From the IMG/VR virus record IMGVR_UViG_3300044698_000136, positions 1-41,232 of that record: DNA of 41,232 bases. One strand, written 5' to 3'. A program made the position numbers and the translations under genes. This DNA is from a virus (taxonomy: Duplodnaviria > Caudoviricetes). The notes beneath the pieces are model-generated. The model did no database searches. It had not been told where the DNA came from and saw nothing but the letters and a program-made list of their open reading frames with translations. Positions 15,590 to 25,097 of the stretch are shown here, in pieces (position 1 is the first letter of the stretch; every line of letters starts with the position of its first letter).

Positions 15590-16996
15590 TCAAACCTCCA
15601 CGGTTTCGAAGGAGACGGGTACAACAATCTTCGGGTCGAACGGAACAACAACGACCACAGGGATGAACGGCGGGTTGCCCTGTTGGATGACACTTGCTGA
15701 TACGGTTATGACAGCGGGTACGGCTTCCACAACCAGGGGTTCAACCGTCACCGTCAACAGCTGTGCTACGGCGGTCACGTTGCCGGGTGCAGCTTCGACC
15801 ACGACCGGAGCCCGGACCACCGTCACAGCCTGAGCTTCCACGGTGACCGACACCGGAACCGCCGTGATAGCGGTCGGCGCGCCTGCTACCTGCGGCGAAA
15901 CGGGCTGCGCGGAAACCGTCAGGCTCGCAGGAGCGGCGGTGACAGCAAGAGAACCCTGCTGCGGGGTCACAGCCTGGGCGTTGACGGTCAGGCCAGCGGA
16001 TGCGGCTTCGACGGTGACACTGCCCGCCTGCGGGTCGACCGTCTGAGCTGAGACTGTCAACTGTGCCGGAACGGCTTCAACAGCCAACGCTACCGTTTGA
16101 GGCGAAACGGTTTGCGCGGTGACCGTCACCGTGGCCGGTGCAGCTTCAACAGCTAACGGTTCGACAGTGACCGAAACGGCCTGGGCGCCGACGTTCAGCG
16201 TTGCCGGACTTGCAGCAACCGTTACCGGGTTATCGCCAGTAGACGGAGACACCGGCTGAGCCGTCACTGTGAGACTCGCCGGGGATGCTTGAACAGCCAA
16301 CGCACCCAGGGTCGGCGTTACGGTTTGCGCACCGACCGTAAACCCGGCAGGGACCACTTCGACAACAGCGGCGGCGGGTTGAGGGGTGACTGGTTGGGCG
16401 GCAACCGTCGCTAACGCCGGGGCTGCGGTAATGGCGATGGCTGCAACAACCACCGAAACCACTTGGGCGGCGACACTGAGAGGGGCTGGAGCGGCCTGCA
16501 CTACGACCGGGGCTGCGCCTGCCGGTTCGTAGTCGATCGTGACGGTCAGGTCACCAACCCCGATGGTCAGTGTCGTCCCGTCCTTGCCTTTGCTCTGCTG
16601 GTAGGTGGCGTAGGCTTCCGCGATCGAGATCCCCGCCGCGACAACCCTTGTCGCTTCCCAACCAGCAGTCGACAACCCCGTATCAGGAGCTGAGTCGAGC
16701 AGGTTAAAAGCGTTGAAAGCGTTCGCCAACCCCGACGCGTCGGTGTCGTCAACCGTAGCGAACACCGTCGAAGGGTCAGGGTCAAGAGAGCCTGTACCCA
16801 GCGACGCACGCCGTAAGGCCGTCCATCTGTCGTCGCCGAACCCTGCACCAGTAACCGACAACTGGAAACGGACACTGTTAACACCCGCCGGGTCGAAATC
16901 ACCCGGAGCGGTACCGTTGTCGAGAGTGAGCGCGCCGGCCAGGTTGGCGTCAGCCGACTGTATCTGATTGGTGTTGGTTCTAACCCAGGTGGCCAT
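15590..16996 (-). CDS. Ala/Val/Thr-rich repetitive virion fibre protein
   Basis: N-terminal globular region then about 13 degenerate ~21-22-aa repeats (V.A.PA.LTV.AQ.V.P). Confidence 0.75.
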   Translation of the reverse strand: MATWVRTNTNQIQSADANLAGALTLDNGTAPGDFDPAGVNSVRFQLSVTGAGFGDDRWTALRRASLGTGSLDPDPSTVFATVDDTDASGLANAFNAFNLLDSAPDTGLSTAGWEATRVVAAGISIAEAYATYQQSKGKDGTTLTIGVGDLTVTIDYEPAGAAPVVVQAAPAPLSVAAQVVSVVVAAIAITAAPALATVAAQPVTPQPAAAVVEVVPAGFTVGAQTVTPTLGALAVQASPASLTVTAQPVSPSTGDNPVTVAASPATLNVGAQAVSVTVEPLAVEAAPATVTVTAQTVSPQTVALAVEAVPAQLTVSAQTVDPQAGSVTVEAASAGLTVNAQAVTPQQGSLAVTAAPASLTVSAQPVSPQVAGAPTAITAVPVSVTVEAQAVTVVRAPVVVEAAPGNVTAVAQLLTVTVEPLVVEAVPAVITVSASVIQQGNPPFIPVVVVVPFDPKIVVPVSFETVEV

Positions 16997-17250
16997 CAGC
17001 CCTCCTTAAAGCAGCATTGGCCTGTGCCTGGTCCAAAGGTTCCGCAGTTCAGAGTCGGGTTGTGCTTCTCCCACAGCGGCCTGACATGGGTCAGGTATCG
17101 ACTGTCAACATGGACCTTGTCCCACGACCCCAACTCGCGGCGAAGGCCGCACACCCAACGTCTGCCCGGAACGGTGTTCTCCTCCAGGAAGAGACAGACC
17201 TTCCCCTCTATCCAGCAACAATGCTCAGCGCCGTTGCCGTGACAGGTCAG
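16996..17250 (-). CDS. 84-aa Cys-rich protein with an apparent CTG start
   Basis: (M)TCHGNGAEHCCWIEGKVCLFLEENTVPGRRWVCG...QCCFKEG exactly fills the gap; CTGA overlap at the 5' end, TGATG at the 3' end. Confidence 0.7.
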   Translation of the reverse strand: MTCHGNGAEHCCWIEGKVCLFLEENTVPGRRWVCGLRRELGSWDKVHVDSRYLTHVRPLWEKHNPTLNCGTFGPGTGQCCFKEG

Positions 17251-17669
17251 GAGATACGGAGCAGGTCGTTGGGGGTTGTGACCGTATACCCGGCGCCGTT
17301 CGCGGCAGCACCGAAGTTCGAGTCGTAGATAGCTACAGGAATTGAATCGGAATCAGTGGTCACCTGACGGAAGATCAGCATCGCGGTCGGTGTCTCGTTG
17401 TCGAGCGCACCGAAGTCGATGGTTGCAGCGTCCAGGTTGGCACGGTCGTTGGTGTCGTCCTGGGTGTTCGTCTGCGTTCCGAGCGCCTGACGGGCGTAAG
17501 ACCCATCGGAGGCTTCCGTGTTCGCGGCGATCACCGCAGCAACAGTCGCGTCGTCCGGGTCGATAGTCACCGAACCCGTAAGTAACGCTGCGCGGTAGTC
17601 GGCGTTGGGCCAATCCTCGTCAGCGTCAGCCAACAGTTTCTTGTACACGTTGTATACGGTTTCAGCCAT
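17247..17669 (-). CDS. putative virion structural protein
   Basis: Acidic, Ala/Thr-rich; same strong SD context as the major tail gene. Confidence 0.7.
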   Translation of the reverse strand: MAETVYNVYKKLLADADEDWPNADYRAALLTGSVTIDPDDATVAAVIAANTEASDGSYARQALGTQTNTQDDTNDRANLDAATIDFGALDNETPTAMLIFRQVTTDSDSIPVAIYDSNFGAAANGAGYTVTTPNDLLRIS

Positions 17670-17741
17670 GTGTTTTTCCTTTCAAGTGGGGGAGGGCCGG
17701 TCGTCGCATTCCTGCACCCGAGCAGCGGCCACTCCCCGAAA

Positions 17742-18482
17742 CTATTTGATCTGCCCTCGGACCTCGTCGACCAACCCGAGTTCGAGGCATTCGTCGGAAC
17801 TGATCCACCAGTCTTTCCGGTTCCAATTCCGTTTCACCCTCTGGGCGGTCAACTTCCCGCCGGAACGGCTAACGAAAATGTCGGTGATCCGCTTCTCGAT
17901 CCGTTTGATAAGTTGAACCATGTCCTCCACCTCGTAGGTCGACCCGAACGTGAGGAAACTGGCCCGGTGGATCAGCAGCCAACACTCCTTAGTGAGGTAA
18001 CGTGTCTGGCCGGCCTGGACGAGGATCCCGGCCATCGAAGCGGCCATACCCACCCCACCCGTAACAGTCTTGTGTCCACGCTCACCGAGTTCGGTGATGA
18101 AGTCGAACAGTTCCATACCGTCGAAAATGCTTCCGCCCGGTGACGAGAAGATCACTTCGATAGTGCATTTAGGGTCGAGGCGGTGCCATTCGGTCAGTTT
18201 CGACATGCACGCATGCACCGAACTGGCTGACACTTCCCCGTCGAACCTGTACACCCGGTGGTATTCGTCGGAAGCCCGTCGTGCTGCGTCGGCTTCGACG
18301 GCCTGCGCCGACTTCAACTCGGTTTCGATAGTCCGAGCCAACGCCGCCCTGGCCTCGTATCCGAACGTGACGGCTTCCGCCCGGGCTTTCTCAGCCTCGG
18401 CGAGAGCCTTCTCCGCTTCGGCGGCCAGCTTTATAGCGTTCGCTTCCTGCTCTGCAGGACTCGGCACGTAGGCGTCGGACAT
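17742..18482 (-). CDS. clpP: ClpP-like serine protease with an N-terminal coiled coil
   Basis: SSPGGS, GMAASMA (Ser), LIH (His), RKDWW (Asp), LGLVDEV. Confidence 0.88.
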   Translation of the reverse strand: MSDAYVPSPAEQEANAIKLAAEAEKALAEAEKARAEAVTFGYEARAALARTIETELKSAQAVEADAARRASDEYHRVYRFDGEVSASSVHACMSKLTEWHRLDPKCTIEVIFSSPGGSIFDGMELFDFITELGERGHKTVTGGVGMAASMAGILVQAGQTRYLTKECWLLIHRASFLTFGSTYEVEDMVQLIKRIEKRITDIFVSRSGGKLTAQRVKRNWNRKDWWISSDECLELGLVDEVRGQIK

Positions 18483-18644
18483 TTATCTCTCCTTGGGTTC
18501 GTAGTCCATGGTGATGAAAGTGTCGAACCCTTCCCACCCGTTAGCGGTGATAGTGTCGTAACACCAGAATTCGAGACGGTTCAGGTTGTAAAGGTCAGCT
18601 GCACGGGCGGTGAACATGAGCAGCCGCTTGCACAACCACTCCAC
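18483..18644 (-). CDS. 53-aa hypothetical protein
   Basis: Manual translation MEWLCKRLLMF...DYEPKER; fills the gap; no clear SD. Confidence 0.45.
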   Translation of the reverse strand: MEWLCKRLLMFTARAADLYNLNRLEFWCYDTITANGWEGFDTFITMDYEPKER

Positions 18645-18647
18645 AAG

Positions 18648-19025
18648 TCAGACCAGGTAGTGGGCTTTGATCGAATACGTTTTCGCTGTAGCGTCCGACT
18701 TGGTAGCTACCACACGCCACTTGTATTTGAGGCTCGTGTTTTCGGACACGTTCGCCCGGTCAGGAGCGTCCGGGTGCGCCAACAACATGGTCGTACCCAC
18801 GTTGGTGATCGCCGAACCGGCGAGACGTTCAGTCCACTCACCGTCCTCAAGTTTGTCTTCGATGCTGACAGTGACCGTCCCGGTTGTGGCAGCGGTCACG
18901 TCAAGGACGAGCAGCACACCCCGGTAAACGCTCGGGATACCGTCAAGCGGTCCCGACGTTGAAGTGGCGGTGTGGGCGGCCGATGCCAGAATGGTCACCG
19001 GTTGGGCAGGTAATGAATAAGGCAT
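18648..19025 (-). CDS. putative head decoration / structural protein
   Basis: Beta-rich; two genes after the capsid gene. Confidence 0.6.
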   Translation of the reverse strand: MPYSLPAQPVTILASAAHTATSTSGPLDGIPSVYRGVLLVLDVTAATTGTVTVSIEDKLEDGEWTERLAGSAITNVGTTMLLAHPDAPDRANVSENTSLKYKWRVVATKSDATAKTYSIKAHYLV

Positions 19026-19285
19026 CAGCCCTCCTCGGGCTCTTCGGAACTATCGGAATCCGATACGTTCGCAGGGGCGGGCTTCGCGGCTTTCCGCTTC
19101 TGCCCTGGGGTTTTCGTGGCCTGCTCAACAATGCCGAGCACGTCGTTGACATCCTCGAACAATTGTTCGCGGCCTTTCACAATCGGGTTGTCGGAACGGA
19201 CCAACTGGCCGTCGTAGACACGACCGACCCCGCCCACGGAGAACGAGGAGCGGGCACGCAAAGCTCTGACTGGTTTCCTTGCCAT
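19025..19285 (-). CDS. small post-capsid protein
   Basis: GAAAGGAG SD; VEQATKTPGQKR motif often seen after actinophage capsid genes. Confidence 0.75.
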   Translation of the reverse strand: MARKPVRALRARSSFSVGGVGRVYDGQLVRSDNPIVKGREQLFEDVNDVLGIVEQATKTPGQKRKAAKPAPANVSDSDSSEEPEEG

Positions 19286-19302
19286 AAAAGGCTCCTTTCG
19301 GT

Positions 19303-19331
19303 GTGAGGGGGACGGGTTCCGTCCCCCTCAC
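19303..19331. terminator. perfect GC-rich hairpin after the capsid gene
   Basis: GTGAGGGGGACGG-GTT-CCGTCCCCCTCAC; no U-tract on the minus strand. Confidence 0.6.
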
Positions 19332-19345
19332 TTCAATCAGACTGC

Positions 19346-20809
19346 TTATGCAGTGGTCGGGATGTGCAGGACACGGAAGGCGTCGTCGACAAGGCTGTCG
19401 GCTCCGACCCTCCAATGGCCGAACCATCCGCGGGTACCCGACGGCCTGTTGCTGCCTGTGGCGAACATGTGGGGGATGAACTCCAACGAGAAGCCGATCC
19501 TGTCGGCGATCAGGTAGTTCCTGAAAGCTCCGAACAGGAGGATGTGGTTATTGCCGTCAGTCTCAGTGTCGTCAACGTCGGAGAAGGCGTCCATGTCCGA
19601 AGATTCGAACAGGTCCTTGCCCAACATGACCGCAGGACTGTCACCACGAAGGTCGGTGAGGAACCCGTGGTAGTTGTTGGCTGTGGCGAACTGGCGGATC
19701 TCGTTGATCGTGGACAGTTCGGCAAGCCACGACGGGTTCTGACCCCGGAACCGGGGCGGCAGAGCCTGCTGTGTCGCGTAGATGTCGGCAACTGCGAACG
19801 TTTCGCCGGTGGCCGGAGCAACCTCGGAAGCGCCACCGTCCAAAGCGGTGATGATCCCGGTCGGCTGACCAGAACCGGTACCGTTGATGAACGCTGCACC
19901 TTCCAGGCGGTCCTTACCGTCGGCGATCGCCATCGACAGATCGGATTCTATAGCCTGGTAGTCCTGGCTGATCTCAATCGAACCCTGCACGAACGCAGCG
20001 GCCTTATGGACAGGTACGGTCGGCTGTGCGAGCGTCGGTGACGCGTCAGCGGCCTCCGTGTTCTCAGCGAGCCATTCGGCGTCTACACCAGCCGAAGACA
20101 GCCCGTTCCACGAGTCCGTGGTGATCGGCTCAACCCTCGCCAACTGGCGGACGGGGTTCACTGTTCCAGCGTTGGTGAGGATCAGGGTCGGGTCCAGAGT
20201 GAACGGAACAGCGAAACCACCAGCAGTGTCAGACAGTGACATTGCAGTCCTGAACTCCTCAAGGTCGGCTACAGCGGTACGCTCATCGTGTGTCCAAAGG
20301 TCCTGACGGCCAGCCATTGCCTTCTGGAAGGCACGCCGGTAGTCGGAGTTGCCTGTCCTGATGACAAGGTTCGGGATGATCCCACGAGGGTCGTCCACTT
20401 TGGACAGTTTCTGACTGACGGCTTCCTTCTGGTCGTCGGTCATGTACGACTCGACTTCCTCAACAGCGGTCTTCGCACGGGCACGCAACTCTGAGGTAGG
20501 CATGTTCCAACGGAGGTCGTTCAGATCGAACGGGTCCTTCTTCGAATTCTGGCTGACACGAAGGTCAACACCCTCAACAAGATGCTTCTTATCCTCAGCC
20601 AGCTTGTCGAGACGGTCCAACCGCTTCAACTGCGCGTCGATTTTGACACGCTCCTCGGCGAGCTGTTCGAGAACGCCTTCACGCTCCGCGAACTTCTCTT
20701 CGTCCTGCTCCGACACGTCAAGGTCGGCTTCGCTGCGCTGCTCTTCGATGAGGCGCGCAGCCTCTTCGGCAATCGCCTGAAGGCGCGCCTCTAATTTTGC
20801 ACGGTCCAC
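19346..20809 (-). CDS. major capsid protein, HK97 fold with N-terminal scaffold (delta) domain
   Basis: GGFAVP, WLAENTE, AFINGTGSGQPTGI, FGAFRNYLIADR. Confidence 0.95.
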   Translation of the reverse strand: MDRAKLEARLQAIAEEAARLIEEQRSEADLDVSEQDEEKFAEREGVLEQLAEERVKIDAQLKRLDRLDKLAEDKKHLVEGVDLRVSQNSKKDPFDLNDLRWNMPTSELRARAKTAVEEVESYMTDDQKEAVSQKLSKVDDPRGIIPNLVIRTGNSDYRRAFQKAMAGRQDLWTHDERTAVADLEEFRTAMSLSDTAGGFAVPFTLDPTLILTNAGTVNPVRQLARVEPITTDSWNGLSSAGVDAEWLAENTEAADASPTLAQPTVPVHKAAAFVQGSIEISQDYQAIESDLSMAIADGKDRLEGAAFINGTGSGQPTGIITALDGGASEVAPATGETFAVADIYATQQALPPRFRGQNPSWLAELSTINEIRQFATANNYHGFLTDLRGDSPAVMLGKDLFESSDMDAFSDVDDTETDGNNHILLFGAFRNYLIADRIGFSLEFIPHMFATGSNRPSGTRGWFGHWRVGADSLVDDAFRVLHIPTTA

Positions 20810-20839
20810 TTGGGACCTCCTTACAAGTTTTGGGCCGGA

Positions 20840-21694
20840 CTACTTGCCGGCGACGATGCGATACAGCATTTCGCTGTTCGCGATGGCAAGACGCGGCTGC
20901 GCTGACTCAGCGGCGGCGGCGGCGTCCTCTAGGTCACAGGCCCGGTCACGAAGGTCGGGGTCCTGAACGAACAGGTCCCGGATCTCCTTCTCAGGGTCCG
21001 CGAGAAATCTGAATGCGTAAGCGGCACGGGAAGCGTGGCGGGTGATCCCAGCAGCAGTAAGAGAACCGTCCATCGCAGCAAGAGCCGCACGTTTGTAACC
21101 GAGTTGCCGCATCGAAGCAGCAGAAGCCTCCGAAGTGGTTTGCGGGAAGGCGGGGAACACGACGGGCCCCACTTCGAACAGGTCCGCCCGGAGAATCGTC
21201 CGTAAAGGCACTTCCAGGTCGTTGTCCTCGGAAGGTTCCTCCCACATGTCCTTCTCCACCCGGAACCACACGCTTGAACCGGTCACGTCTCGTCTAGCGA
21301 CGCGGGCGTGGATGCCGACAGCGTTCGGGTCGTCAGGGTTCACCTCAGCGTTGTACAGGAGCCCTTCGTCGTCGGGGTCTACCAAACTGAGGGTTCCGGC
21401 AGTGGTGCGGGCGATCAGGTTGTTGATGTCATGGTTGAACGTCGAAACAACATCCACGTCGGCACGTTTGATCACCGAACGCCACGCGCCCGGCGCTACC
21501 AGTTCATCCCACTCCTCGAACCAGCCTTCGATACGGGCGATCTGCCCGTAAGGCGAACCCAACCCGGAAATGGTCAGGGCACCCTCATCGGTTTCATCAG
21601 TGTCGGCACGCACCTCGAAAGTGTGGCCGCGGGCTTCAAGGCCACCAGGGCCGAGCTCTTTGGCGAAAACATCACGGAAATCAGTCATTATCAA
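20840..21694 (-). CDS. HK97-family prohead protease
   Basis: FNHD, GSSVWF, LFEVGPVVFPAF. Confidence 0.9.
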   Translation of the reverse strand: MIMTDFRDVFAKELGPGGLEARGHTFEVRADTDETDEGALTISGLGSPYGQIARIEGWFEEWDELVAPGAWRSVIKRADVDVVSTFNHDINNLIARTTAGTLSLVDPDDEGLLYNAEVNPDDPNAVGIHARVARRDVTGSSVWFRVEKDMWEEPSEDNDLEVPLRTILRADLFEVGPVVFPAFPQTTSEASAASMRQLGYKRAALAAMDGSLTAAGITRHASRAAYAFRFLADPEKEIRDLFVQDPDLRDRACDLEDAAAAAESAQPRLAIANSEMLYRIVAGK

Positions 21695-23060
21695 CCTCTG
21701 GTTCAGATTCAGGGTCAGGGTCCACTACGGGGTCAGCGGCGGCGGGTTCGGCGTTCGGGTCGACAAGCTGCACGCTCACCTTCCCGGTGTGCTCAAGCAG
21801 CGACGGGTTCTCCTCAGTCACAGCCATCACCACACTCTCAGGGGTGAACCCTTCACGGACCAAGTTCGCGATCGTCGACGCCTTCACCGACATGATTTCG
21901 GTGGCGTCCTTCTGGTCCTCCCGCAGGAAGGCCACACCATCCAGGTCGAACCACAATTCAGCGCCCGACGGCGGCGGAACAATCGTCTCATACGACCCGC
22001 AGAGGTCACGCCACATCGGCCGGTACACCGTGTCAGCAACCGACCGTCTCGCCGAGGCATAGTTGCTGTTGTTCAACGGCGACCCTTGGAGCCCTTCGGA
22101 CAGTCCGAGAAGGCTGGCGTGGATACCGGAAGCGACAGCAATCCGGTTCTCGCCCTTCCCTGTGGTCGCAGCGAAATCTATCTGCTGGAAGTTCGCACCC
22201 ACAACAGTCGCATCAGTCCCACCACCAAGAAACAAGGTCCGGTAGGCATTCGCCGCGCCGACATGCTCCTCTAAGAACAGATTCTTGAACTTCTCCGCGT
22301 TGTCCGGTGACACGGCAGGGTCGAACTTGACGACCATGTTCGCCGTGGCGCCGTTCTCAAAAAACTTCTTTTTGAAACGCGTCGTCAGCTTGTCGGCCTC
22401 AATGTCCCGCAAGGCCGGAGTCAGCCACGACATACCCAAGCCGATAGTCAACGGGTCCGGGATCGGAGCGAAATGCGCCACGAATTCCGGCAGATAGGAG
22501 ATCGGTTTCGACCCCGAGTTCTTCCCGCCCGGTGAGTAGACGTAACCGACGACTTCGGCGTCAGGATCATGACGGGCTTCCATTTCGTCTTCGCGGTCAG
22601 ACCCGTAAACGATCGACACCCAATCCGGTCGCAACGGACGGATCTTCGTAGGAGTACGAACCGCGTAGTGGTTCCCAGCCAAATCCGCTTCCAACATGGC
22701 CCTGGCAAGCAGATCCCCGGTTGTTCCCCCCGGCCAAGGGTGCCGCAACCTTTCGAGTTCGGTCGTTGAGAACAGGTCGCCCGGTTTCCCTTTGCGGAGC
22801 TGCCGCCACATGAACCGAGCTTCCGAAAACACCATCATCCGTTGACGTTCGATACCGAAAATGATCGGGTTCGACCTGTACGCCCCGTCCACATACGCCG
22901 GATACGACGAACCGATCGATTCGGTGTCCCCGGTCAGGGTCGTGTTCAACCGCATGGCCGAAGGGTCTGACATCAGATTCAGCCAGTCCTGAAACGAGAA
23001 CCGGGATTCCGCCGAAGGTTTGGAGGCGAACCGTTTGAACAGCCGTTCGAAAGGTGACAT
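21681..23060 (-). CDS. portal protein
   Basis: GNHY...LRPDWV...GMSWL...FFENGA; follows terminase. Confidence 0.93.
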   Translation of the reverse strand: MSPFERLFKRFASKPSAESRFSFQDWLNLMSDPSAMRLNTTLTGDTESIGSSYPAYVDGAYRSNPIIFGIERQRMMVFSEARFMWRQLRKGKPGDLFSTTELERLRHPWPGGTTGDLLARAMLEADLAGNHYAVRTPTKIRPLRPDWVSIVYGSDREDEMEARHDPDAEVVGYVYSPGGKNSGSKPISYLPEFVAHFAPIPDPLTIGLGMSWLTPALRDIEADKLTTRFKKKFFENGATANMVVKFDPAVSPDNAEKFKNLFLEEHVGAANAYRTLFLGGGTDATVVGANFQQIDFAATTGKGENRIAVASGIHASLLGLSEGLQGSPLNNSNYASARRSVADTVYRPMWRDLCGSYETIVPPPSGAELWFDLDGVAFLREDQKDATEIMSVKASTIANLVREGFTPESVVMAVTEENPSLLEHTGKVSVQLVDPNAEPAAADPVVDPDPESEPEVDND

Positions 23061-23068
23061 TCGGCTCC

Positions 23069-24463
23069 TTAAAGAAAGAAGGGGACGAGCTCAGAGTCGA
23101 GAGCTGCGTCGTAAGCAAGCGAACCGGCAGTCAGAATGTCCGAGCCGGGAGCGTCGTTGTTCCACTGCCACAAACCGTCAGCATGACGACGGGCCGCGGA
23201 AGCAACCGCCTTATCGAAACGTTCATCGCTCCGTACAAACATTTTCTGGTCAGCGACACCGTCGTAAAACCGGGAGCACGCTTTCCTCACACCAAGCGAA
23301 TCCACCCACACAACTTTCACACCGGCACGTTCCAAATCGTCGCCGACAGGAGACACCGGCCCCGACTTCGCTACAACAACCTTCGGGTTCGAGAGTTTGG
23401 CGAACGCTTCGACATGCCAGCCGGTACCTTTACGTTGAGCAACCAACCGCACATTCCCGGAACGGTCAGCCTTACACACCGCCGACATCGACCGGTCCTC
23501 CAACCCGTGAATGGCGTAGAGGTCAGAGTCGAAGTCCTGGCCCGGTTTGGACACCTGGTTCCACCAGTCAGCCGGAATGATCCGGTCCTCCGTTTCAGTC
23601 CACTGGTTACCGAACGCACGGCGGAAATCGCCGTCCGTCATAGTCTGACGGGCATGCTTGACGGTTTCCTCCGTGATCGTGATCCCGTACGCCGGCATGT
23701 ACTCGGCCCACACCGCAGGGTCATCGACATCCTCCTCGTCAGGGACCGACCATTCGAAGTAGGCGACACCCTCACGGCGGTCAGCAGCAACAGCAGCACG
23801 ACCCACCTCCACCTTCCGACGGAGATAAGTGGACGCCGGAGTGCCAGCAGTCGACACATTCCACAACTGCGGGGACTCACGGGTCGCCATCGTCGGCAAC
23901 AACGCCTGCTCCCGGCGGTTATCCGCATCAGCGAACGCCTCATCGATCACAGCCAGATCAAGCGTCTTACCGTGGCCCGACTTCTCACCGGTGGACAACA
24001 CCGAAATCCGCGAACCGTTCTTCCAAGTCAACGCCGTGTTATGCGCCGCCCGGTAAATCCGGTCCACCGACAGGTTCAAAATGGACCCCTGGATCACAGG
24101 CACCTGGTCGTCGAGGAACTTCATCCGTCCGTCGAGCCCGGTCTGCGCTGTGTACGCAACGTTCTGCGGTTTCCCCCACATCAAACACCGGGCGCACTGC
24201 ACACCCAGCAGCAGCGTCGACTTCCCATTCTGACGGGGAACAGTCACCACCACTTCCCGGTAAGCCAACTGGCCCGTATCCGGGTTGATCTCCAACCCCA
24301 CCTCGACAACATGACGCTGCCAAGGCATCATCTCCCAACCCAGTTGAGAGAACAACCAGACCACACGGTCGCCGTACGTCTCCCGGCCGTCAGTCCTTGG
24401 AGTTGCGAACCTCGGCTTCGAACTTGGAGCGAAGGTCGGCGACTTCGTCTGCGGCATTGTCAC
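23069..24463 (-). CDS. terminase large subunit
   Basis: PWQ, VPRQNGKS Walker A, AVIDEA Walker B, STAG coupling motif. Confidence 0.95.
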   Translation of the reverse strand: MTMPQTKSPTFAPSSKPRFATPRTDGRETYGDRVVWLFSQLGWEMMPWQRHVVEVGLEINPDTGQLAYREVVVTVPRQNGKSTLLLGVQCARCLMWGKPQNVAYTAQTGLDGRMKFLDDQVPVIQGSILNLSVDRIYRAAHNTALTWKNGSRISVLSTGEKSGHGKTLDLAVIDEAFADADNRREQALLPTMATRESPQLWNVSTAGTPASTYLRRKVEVGRAAVAADRREGVAYFEWSVPDEEDVDDPAVWAEYMPAYGITITEETVKHARQTMTDGDFRRAFGNQWTETEDRIIPADWWNQVSKPGQDFDSDLYAIHGLEDRSMSAVCKADRSGNVRLVAQRKGTGWHVEAFAKLSNPKVVVAKSGPVSPVGDDLERAGVKVVWVDSLGVRKACSRFYDGVADQKMFVRSDERFDKAVASAARRHADGLWQWNNDAPGSDILTAGSLAYDAALDSELVPFFL

Positions 24464-24644
24464 CCACGACCTCCTGTAACGCCTGGAGCATCAGCCGGTA
24501 CTCCCTCCACACCGACACATCAGACGGGTTCAGGTCAACAAGGCCGGCAAGTCCACGAACCGCAGCAACGAAAGCCACCTGCTCATCAGACAGCCGCCCC
24601 TCGAGAGCGGCAACCATCCGGTCCACAGCCTCAACGTTGGTCAT
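24390..24644 (-). CDS. terminase small subunit
   Basis: Small helical ORF directly upstream of terL; AGGAGG SD. Confidence 0.7.
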   Translation of the reverse strand: MTNVEAVDRMVAALEGRLSDEQVAFVAAVRGLAGLVDLNPSDVSVWREYRLMLQALQEVVGDNAADEVADLRSKFEAEVRNSKD

Positions 24645-24773
24645 GCCAAAACCTCCTGCATGAACTCAAAGTTTCCGAGAGGGGAAAGGACTGGCCGGTC
24701 TGCTAGACCAGGGGATTTTTCGTTACGCCGCAGGGGTATGCCCCGGTATGTCTCCCCGGTGGCTGCTGCTGCT

Positions 24774-25058
24774 CTACCAGAATTCCCTGTGGGTGGGTGT
24801 TGGTGTTCCTGAAGATTTGTTGCGCTTCGCCTGGTTGCAGTCGAAGCAGGCTGCTCTCAAATTGTCAGGGTCGAACCATGCACCGCCCGCCCCCGCATCG
24901 ATGATGTGGTCTATGGCCGTGGCTCTGTGTGTGCAGACGCCTGGTAGTTCGATACGGCAGTGTGGGAAGGACTCGTCGAACGTTGAGCAGTGGCGGGTAT
25001 CTCTTGTGAAGATACGGTCCCTTAGTCCAGGGGGCCACCTGTACTGTGGTTCAGCCAT
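24774..25058 (-). CDS. HNH endonuclease (packaging-associated)
   Basis: RD...C...ATAIDHI...NLRAACFDCNQAK; upstream of terS. Confidence 0.85.
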   Translation of the reverse strand: MAEPQYRWPPGLRDRIFTRDTRHCSTFDESFPHCRIELPGVCTHRATAIDHIIDAGAGGAWFDPDNLRAACFDCNQAKRNKSSGTPTPTHREFW

Positions 25059-25097
25059 TCGGTGCCTTCCCCTTGTGGCGCACTGGTCCACTCTCAG

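Noticed and set aside
15590-16520. Periodic repeats as a CRISPR array
   Set aside because: Degenerate in-frame protein repeats; no identical repeat/spacer structure and no cas genes
23054-24706. 550-aa plus-strand ORF
   Set aside because: Antisense shadow of terminase in GC-rich DNA; no motifs; Arg/His/Pro-biased
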